From: the human T2T-CHM13v2.0 reference genome, Homo sapiens
Length of the DNA stretch: 64,000 nt
Assembly (NCBI RefSeq): GCF_009914755.1
Contig: NC_060927.1
Direction: 5' to 3' (one strand)
A model generated the notes under the pieces. It was not told the DNA's origin. It made no database searches and worked only from the letters and a program-made list of their open reading frames with translations. Every line of letters begins with the position of its first letter. The stretch's first letter is position 1. The position numbers were made by a program, and so were the translations under genes. Of this stretch, positions 53,589 through 64,000 are shown piece after piece.

Positions 53589-54543
53589 AAAAGTTGAGTT
53601 CCTTATATATTTTGAATATCAACCCTTCATCAGATGTATGGTTTGCAAATATTTTCTCCCATTGCATAGGTTGTCTCTTCACTCTATTGATTCCTTTGCT
53701 GTGTGGAAGCTTTTTAGTTTGAGCCAATCTTATTTGTCTATTTTTGCTTTTGTTGCCTGAACTTTTAGAGTTACATCAAAACAAACAAACCAATAAACAA
53801 ACTAACAAGCACCAACCCCTGTCCCCCCCAACACACGCTAAAATTGCCCAGACCTATATAAAAAAAAAGTTTTCTGTGTTTTCTTCTAGAAATTTTATAA
53901 TTTCAGTCTAATGTTTAAGTTATTAATCCAGTTTGAGTAGATTTTTGTATATAGTGTGAGGTGAGGGTTTATTTTTATTCTTCTACACGTATGGATATCC
54001 AGTTTGCCCAACCCTGTTTATTGAAGAGACTATCCTTTCACCATTGTGTGTTCCTGACAACTTTATTAGAAATCAATTGACCATAAATGCTTGAATTTCT
54101 TTCTGGGCTCTCATTCTGTTCTATTGGTCTGTATTTTTATGTCTGTTTTTGTGCTAGCACCATACTAGCTTTGTAGTGTGTTTTGAAATCAGGTAGTGTG
54201 TTGACTTCAGCTTGCTCAAGATTTCTATGATTATTTTGAGTCTTTTGTGGTTCCATATAAATTTAGCAATTTTTTAAAAAAATCTTCTCTTTTGATTTAT
54301 TCTTTGACCCATTGGTTGTTCAGGAGTGTGTGGTTTAATTTCCATGTATTTGTGAATTTTTCCATTTTCCTTCAGCTTTTGATGTCTAATTTGTTTACCA
54401 TTATGGTTAGAAATGATACTTGATATGTTTTCAGTGTTCTTGATTTGTTATGACTTATTTTATGGCTTAACCTATAATCTATCCTGGACAATGTTTTATG
54501 CACACTTGAAAAGATGTGTTTTTTTTTTTCAGCTGTAGATGAA

Positions 54544-54686
54544 CCACTACACATGCACCACTACACCCAGCTAATTTTTTTTGTTTTTGTATTTTTAATA
54601 GAGACAGGGTTTCACCATGTTGGCCAGGCTGGTCTCAAACTACTGACCTCAAGTGATCTGCCTGCCTTGGCCTTCCAAAGTGCTAG
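54544..54686 (-). repeat. Internal Alu fragment, apparent copy of 55393-55525
   Basis: Lacks both Alu ends and a TSD; shares 'ccactacacccagc' and 'ttccaaagtgctag' with the downstream Alu. Confidence 0.85.
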
Positions 54687-55254
54687 TTGTGCATATATGT
54701 GTTGTGTCCATACAGCCTACAGTGTTGTTGAAGTTCACTATTTCCATATTGAGTTTTTGTCTGGGTGATATATCCATTGTTGAAAGTAGGGTATTGAAAT
54801 CTCCTGCTGTTATTGTAGTACTATCTGTTTTTCCCTTTGTTTTTCCTAGCATTTACTTTATATATTTAGGTGCTCTGATGTTGGGTACATATATATTTAT
54901 AATTGTTGTAGCCATTTGATGAATTGACTTCTTAATCATTGTTATACTAATCTTCTTTGTCTGTTTTTACAGTTTCTGACTTAAATGTGTTTTGTCTAAT
55001 ATAAGTATAGCTACTCTGTTCTCTTTTGTGTACCGTTTGCATGGAATATATTTTTCTGTTCTTTTACTTTCAGGATACAGGTCTTTAAAGCTAAAGTGAG
55101 TCACTTGTAGGCAGCACATAGTTGGATTTTGTTTTTTGTTTAAATACATTCAGCCACTGTGTGTTTTTGATTGGAGACCTAAATTCATTTACATTTAAAG
55201 TAATTATTGATATGGAAGGACTCACTATTGCCATTTTAAAAATTGTTTACTGAC

Positions 55255-55555
55255 TTTTTCTTTTTTTGAGATGGAGTCTCACTCTGTCACCCAGATTGGA
55301 GTATGGTGGTGTGATTTCAGCTCACTGCAACCTCCATCTCCCAGGTTCAAGTGATTCTTTGCCTCAGCCTCCTGAGTAGCTAGGATTACAGGCATGTACC
55401 ACTACACCCAGCCAATTTTTTATTTTTGTATTTTTAGTAGAGACAGGGTTTCACCACATTGGCCAGGCTGGTCTCAAACTCCTGACCTCAAGTGATCTGC
55501 CTACCTTGCCTTTCCAAAGTGCTAGGATTACAGGTGTGTGCCACCATGCCTGGCC
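55255..55555 (-). mobile_element. AluSx-like SINE
   Basis: Full dimer; TSD tgtttactgact/tatttacagact. Confidence 0.95.
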
Positions 55556-57129
55556 TATTTACAGACTTTTATGCTTCCCTTATTTCTTCCTTGCTTGGTA
55601 TCTTTTTTTGTGATTTGATAATTTTTTTGTGGTGGCATTCTGTGATTTCTCTGTCTTTATCTTTTATGTATCTATGATAGGTTTTTTCTTTGTGGTTACC
55701 ATAAAGCTTACATAAGACATTTAATAGTTAGAACAATCTATTTTAAGCTGATAACAACTTGAATTCAACCACATAAAAACTCTACATTTTTACTTCTCTT
55801 TTCTTGGTATTTTATGTTATTGATGTCACAATTTACATCATTTTATGTGTGTACCCATTAACAAGTTATTGTGACTATTTGTATTTTTAGTACTTTGGTC
55901 TTTTAACTTCTATACTAGACTTAAAAGTTATTTATGCACCACCATTATAGTATCAATGCATTCTAAATTTGACTATATTCTTACTTTATAGTGAGCTCTA
56001 TACTTTCTTATGTTTTCATGTTATTAATTAGCATTCTTTCATTTCAACTTGAATAACTCCCTTTAGCATTTCTTGTAAGACAGACTAGTGGTGATGAACT
56101 CCCACAGCTTTTGTTTGTTTGGCAAAGTGTTTATCTCCTCTTCATTACTGAAGGACAAATTTTCCAGGTGTAGTATTCTTGGTTGGCAGCTTTTTCTTTT
56201 TCTTTAAGCACTTTGAATATGTTATCTTGCTCTCTCCTGGCCTGCAAGGCTTCTGCTCAGAAAAGTGTTGTTAGTTTTTTGGGGTAGTTCCTTCCTATGT
56301 AATAAGTCATTTTTCTCTTGCTACTTTTAAAATTCTTTCTTTGTCTTCGAATTTTTGAGAATTTGATTACAATGTGTTTTGGTGAAGATCTCTTTATATT
56401 TAATATATTTGAAACTTTTAGGGCTTCATGGATATAGATGTTCATTTTCTTCCCCAGATTTTGAAAGTTTTCTATAGTTATTTATTTTAATAGGCTTTCT
56501 TTCCCCTCTTTTTTTCTTTTTTTTTTTGAACTTCATATGCATATATGGTTTCCTTGATGGTGTCCCATAAGTTTCACAGGCATTTTTTCACTTTATTTAT
56601 TTTCTTATTTTTCCTCACACTGGGTAATTTCAAATGATGTGTCTTCATGCTTCTTGATTCTTTTTCCTCCTGAATAGGGTGGCTATTGAAGCTCTTTAAG
56701 GAGTTTTTCAGTTCAGTTATTGTGTTTTTCAGTTCCAGAATTCCTGTTTTGTTCTTTTTTATAGTTTTAGCCACTTTGTTGAATGTCTCACTTAGTTCAT
56801 GTATTATTTTTATGATTTTGTTTACTTGTCTCTCTATGTTCTCTTGTAGCTCACTGAGCTACTTTAAGACAATTATTTTTAATTATATTTCAGGCAGTTT
56901 GTAGATCTTCATTTTTCTAGGGTTCATTACTGGTGCTTTTCTTGTTTTTTTCTTTTTTATGGTGTCATCATTCCCTGATTATTCACGATTCTTGTAACCT
57001 ACATTAGTGTCTGCACATTTGAAGAAGTCGGCACCATTTCAAGTCTTTACAAACTGGTTTTGGCAGAGAAAATGCTTCACTAGTCAGCCTGTTCAGAGAT
57101 TCTGGGCAGGAAAGCTGATGGGGCCCATG

Positions 57130-57830
57130 AACTAGCTTGCTGCTGGAGTCCTTGGGTAGGGTAGCCTAGTGCTTGGGTCATTGAGTAGGCAGGTCTGATA
57201 CCTGTGTCCACAGAGTGTAGCCTTGTGCCTGGGTCCATAGGGGTGGGCCTGGAACCTTGGTCCACTTGGGCATGCCTGGAGCTTGTGTTTACATGGCTGG
57301 GCCTGGATCCTGTGTCCTTGGGGGCCAGCATGAAGCCTGGGTCTATGGGGGCTGAACTGGCACTGGGGCAGGCTTTGAGCCTAATCCTGTGGGTGGTTGG
57401 TCTGGCACTAGGGTGGTCCAAGAATGTGGATACACAGGGGTAAACCTGGAGATTGAGGCCACTGGGGCTGGCTTGATACTGGAGTAGGCCTGGAGCCTGG
57501 GTATGTAGGGGTTAGCTTAGAAGCTGAATCTATGGGGGCTGGCCTGGCACTTGATTAGACCTAGTGTGTGGGTCTGCAAGGGTTTGCCTGGAGCCTTTGG
57601 CCAGGTGGGTTGTTATGATGCTAGGGTGGGCCTGGAATCTGGTACAAGGGCTGGCATGGAACCTAGGCTTGCAGTAGTCAGTCTGAGGTTGAGGTGAGCC
57701 TAGAGCCTGGGTTCCTGGGGATGGGCCTGATGCTGTGGTAGGCCTAGAGCCTGGGTCTGTTGGGGCTGGCCTGGTGCTTGGGTCCATGGGGGCGGATATG
57801 GCATCAGGGTTCACTAGAGCAGGTCTGGTT
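57130..57830. repeat. Degenerate tandem array (unit about ggcctggagcctgggtccatgggg) in the L1M 5' UTR
   Basis: Many recurrences of ggcctggagcctggg / gggtccat(a/g)ggg. Confidence 0.75.
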
Positions 57831-59513
57831 CATGACAAAGTTGGATATTCACCTCACTCCCCTTCCCCCAAGCAGAGGGTATCTTTCTCAGCACCACATT
57901 GCATGGGCTTGGGAGAAGGGTGACTCAGGTTATGAAACTGTACTCTTCAATGTATCTTTTATTATTTCTGTGCTCCACCCAGTGCTATAATCTGTCTCCT
58001 GAATTCCTTAGTTCTTGTGAAGCTATTTTCTTTCAAGTTGTTATTCAAATTAACATTATGTGAGGGGATAAATGCTGGAGATTACTATTTTGTCATCTTG
58101 CTGATGTCCAAGCCTCCAAATTTGCCTTCTTTTGCCTAAAGTATTAACTTTAATTTGCTAAGTGGTTACAAAACAATCCTATGTTAAAATAATTTTCTAA
58201 ATTAAGATACTCAAAAGTGTAACCTGAAAGTATTGTAGATGATAAGATAAGCCTACATATTTAAGAAGAAAGTGAGTGCTCCACATTTAGTGGTAAAACT
58301 CAAGGAAAACATACACAATCCTGGGTTGAAATGAAAAAAACAAACACACCCCTTAGAAACCAAAACAAAGTTAGGCTGACTTCAATGTTTGGGATGTGAT
58401 TACACAATCAATTCACTGTGTCATAATTGGAAGTGTGAAAACCTGTTTAATAAAAGGAACCCTCACCTCCCTAGGAACCCTGGGGAGGGAGAGAACATGC
58501 AAAGTCATTTCTGTTTTTACTAGATAGGACTTGTGTGATTTGGGGATAGCCACTTTGCGTCTGTATATCACAGAAGGCCTTGATTTATTATTTTATCTGT
58601 GTGCTTTTTTTAGTCTGTGGTATTAAAAATGATAACCTCTTAAACATAGGGCCATAGTTCAATTTTCTAATCAGTGCTTCTAGCTCAGAAGTAATATTAC
58701 TTTAGAAAACTCCTCAAATAAACATTGCCAGAGATCCACAGTGCTCCCTTTATGCTGCTGAACTGAAGACATAGGTCACTCATCTGCAAAAGCAACATGG
58801 GAAATGTCATTGAGGTATTATCTCTAGAATCTAGGCTTTTTTATTCATCTAAATGACGTTGAATTGAATTCATTTTTCAATTTGGATGATTCATTTTGTT
58901 AATTTTCACTACATTTTCAATTGGTAGTTTTTTGGTTGGCTTTTATGAACTCGACAAGGGTATTGCTTTTTCAATTTCCTGTAATTTTTAGACATATCTA
59001 AGCAAGCAGTAAATTTGGTGACTCAACTTGATTCCACTATGTTATAAATATTCCTTGAGTGTTCATAATAATAATAAAGAATCTATTGCTTCTCTCTTCA
59101 AAGCTTGATTACTCTAAAAGGAGAAGTTAGCTTAATTTTAGGTACTCTGGGTCTTTTTGTATTAAGAACCTGTCTTTGAATAAAATTACTGTTGCTAGAT
59201 TATTTCAGTGAGGCTACTCTTGGGGAACTCAACCAAAGGATCAATGTTTTTCACCAACCTGAGCTAAAATTGTATTAACAGTTAGAGGAAGATCGATAGT
59301 GGGAAGCTCTGTAATATAGAGTGTTGAAGTTGAACTTTGAACCTAGGTCTGATTCCAAAAATCCAGGCTTTATACTACTGTCTCTTACATAAAATTTCTG
59401 ATGTGGAAAACAAAATAATTTTTATCATTGAGTCCTATTAGGGTGCAATAATTCCCGTCAAGCCCCTGGGCAAGTAAATAAATAAGAACTCCTTATTATA
59501 GTTAAGTGAAATT

Positions 59514-59680
59514 TTCACAGGGCCTGTAGCCCGTTTGTTTTGGCTGATTTCTCCCTTTTGGAATGGGTGTATTACCCAATGCCTTTTTATCTTGGAAGTA
59601 ACTAACTTGTTTTTGATTTTACAGGCTCGTAGGCAGAAGGGACTTGACTTGTCTCAGATGAGACTTTGGACTGTGGACTT
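59514..59680 (+). mobile_element. Orphan THE1/MST internal-region fragment
   Basis: 'gaagtaactaacttgtttttgattttacaggctcgtaggcagaagggacttg...gtctcagatgagactttggactgtggact'. Confidence 0.8.
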
Positions 59681-59838
59681 CTTTTTTTTTTTTTCAAAGA
59701 CCCTTTCAAAGCCTTGAGGTCTTAGGTTGTCACTAATGGATTGACATATTTGAATGTTGACAATAATTTCAAGGTAGGAGAGTTCCAGGTGACAAGGCTT
59801 GTTATCACAGTAAATATTTTGAAGTTGGGAAAGATATA

Positions 59839-60179
59839 CAGCCATACCGGTTTTATTGTGCTTCACTTTATTGTGTATTTTTACAAATTGAAAATTGATG
59901 CCATTTTTTTGAAAGCATATGCTCACTTTGTGTCTGTGTGTCTACAATTTTTTAAAGCAATAACTTATTTTAAATTACGTACATTAAAATGTACATAAAT
60001 TAACTTATGTACATTTTTTAGACATAATGCTATTGAATGCTTAATAGACTACAGTATAGTGTACACATAACTTTTATATGCACTCCAAAATAAAAAAAAG
60101 TGTGTGACTCACTTCATTGTGATATTTGCTTTACTTTGATGACCTGGAACAGAACCTGCAATATCTGTGAGGTAGGCCC
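59839..60179 (+). mobile_element. Internally deleted Tigger1 derivative (both ends, about 340 bp)
   Basis: Left part matches the reverse complement of about 42790-42945 and right part that of about 40568-40720. Confidence 0.8.
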
Positions 60180-60712
60180 ATTGTACCTTAAGAATTTATT
60201 AAATAGATGACAATCATTAAGTGTATCTAGCATATGAGATACAAATGGGTAGTTCATATAAAAATAAATCTAAAAATATAAAATAATTTGCTTAATCAGA
60301 AAACTATTAAGATGCTGGGGTTTCATAGCCTGTCTCCTCCTCTTTACTCATGGGACACATATGGGCATTATTTGTTTAGCTAACTGACTCCACCTCAATC
60401 TTTGAAGACAAAAAGGGCAAAAGTGGCATAAGTGGGCTTTCTCAAGAAAATTAATTAGAGAAATAAGAAAGTTCATTCTCCTAAGGCCTGTATTCAGTGA
60501 GAGAATGTGATCCTAGAGGTGTTGAATATAATCAATAAAAACATTTTGAAGTATAATGTGTTTTTTGACACTGTTGGTCCTACTGATATCTATATATTGG
60601 CATAAAAATGACTCAGAAGGACAAGTTAATTATGCTAAAGTTGATATTGTTGCTATGTAGAGATGGGGCCACAGAAATACTAACTGATCCTCTTTGGGAG
60701 TCAGAAATAATC

Positions 60713-61112
60713 TGTCTTAGTCAGCTAGGACTGCCACAACAAAATACACAGACTGGTGGTTTAAACAACAAAAATATATTTCTCATAGACCAATGGATGG
60801 GAAGTCCAGGTGTTGGCAAGGTAGGTTTTATCTTGAGGCCTCTTCTCTTGGTTTCTAGGTGGCTGCCATCTTGCTGTATGCTGACATGACCTCTTCTTCA
60901 CACATGTGCATGCATGGAGAGACAGAGAGAGCTTTCTGATATCTCTTCTTATAAAAGCACTAGTCCCATCATGAGGGCTGAAACCTCATGACCTCATCTT
61001 ACCCTAATTATCTTCCAAAGACATCTCTAAACACCATCACATGGTGGGGGTGGGGGCAGTTAGTGCTTCAACATACACATTTTGGAGGGACACAAACATT
61101 CAGTACATAACA
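60713..61112 (-). mobile_element. MLT1A-like solo LTR
   Basis: 'tgtcttagtcagct...cagactggtggtttaaacaac...aacattcagtacataaca'; flanks taatc/tcatc. Confidence 0.85.
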
Positions 61113-61272
61113 TCATCTGAGTGTTAACGTATTATACCTATGGATGTGCATGCATACACACACATCACATGCACAAAAGAAAGGATACATCATAGATCAT
61201 GGATAGTATATTAGTTACTTCTGTTATTTCCCATTTAAGCTACTTTATCAGTCCCTTTTAAAATCAGGTACA

Positions 61273-63552
<2,280 letters not shown>

Positions 63553-63569
63553 TAAAATCAGGTACATGT

Positions 63570-63990
63570 TATAGCAGACACAAATATTAGTAATTAATCA
63601 AATTTTGATTTATTTTCTATTATAACAAGAAGTCTAGAGGTAAGTCTTTGCTGGCATTAGTTCAGCAGCTTGATGCTCTTTGGGCCAAGGTCTTTATGAT
63701 TCTCTTGCCTTTATGTTTGCAAGATGATGGCTACAGCTACATTTCTAGCCCTTCTACCTGTATCTCAGACAGGATAAAGGAAAAAGGAGAAAAAAAAGGT
63801 GTGTGCTAGCTGAGTCTTTTAAGAATTTTTCCAGAAGCCCTACTCAATGACTTCTGCTCATATTTTCTGAACCGGAACTCTATGTCATGTGGCTACTGCT
63901 ATATGTAAGGAAACCTGGGTAACATAAGTTTTATCTGTAAACATTACTGTGCCCTCTGAAATGTGGACTCTGTTAATAAAATAAAAAGAA
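63570..63990. mobile_element. Old MLT1 (J-like) LTR
   Basis: 'ataacaagaagtctagaggta', 'gttcagcagct', 'ttccagaagccc...gacttctgctcatat', 'tgtcatgtggctac'. Confidence 0.6.
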
Positions 63991-64000
63991 AAGAAGGATA

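Larger units (their letters stand above)
51870..58090 (-). mobile_element. Long L1MA element with 3' UTR, partial ORF2, ORF1 and repeat-rich 5' UTR
   Basis: Minus ORF fragments match ORF2 (KRQPMQWEKIFANH; ITAGDFNTLLS; CCLQVTH) and ORF1 (ILELKNTITELKNSL; PKHIVIKFSK) in colinear order. Confidence 0.9.

Noticed and set aside
57080-57990. Pro/Gly-rich ORFs, or a CRISPR-like repeat array
   Set aside because: Degenerate tandem units of the L1M 5' UTR with no constant repeat and unique spacer structure; eukaryotic context.

Overview
AT-rich, CpG-poor non-coding primate DNA, probably ape (young L1PA2/3-like and AluY-like elements are present). About half or more is interspersed repeat: L1PA/L1PB/L1M LINEs, Alu/FLAM/FRAM, MIR, L2, MaLR LTRs (MLT1, MST), LTR16, a near full-length Tigger1, Tigger2/MER8, MER1A and MER33. 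I cannot support any host protein-coding gene, tRNA, rRNA or CRISPR array. All long ORFs are decayed L1 ORF2 or Tigger1 transposase, and the rest look like chance ORFs. I found no convincing new biological system. The main signal not explained by ordinary transposition is a set of local copy events: a 364-bp inverted duplication (about 95% identical), a 118-bp inverted repeat (4 mismatches) inside ancient MIR sequence, an ~80-bp MIR inverted repeat, a 135-bp direct copy of part of a nearby Alu with a re-primed junction, and a 130-bp mosaic of short direct and inverted repeats. These resemble templated repair scars or gene-converted inverted repeats. Also notable are an Alu-L1 composite inside one TSD, two distant L1s sharing a frameshift plus substitution, and a CpG-retaining unique segment with candidate splice sites at about 47.7-48.4 kb. 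Repeat family names come from my recall of consensus sequences, not from a search, and boundaries of old repeats are approximate.
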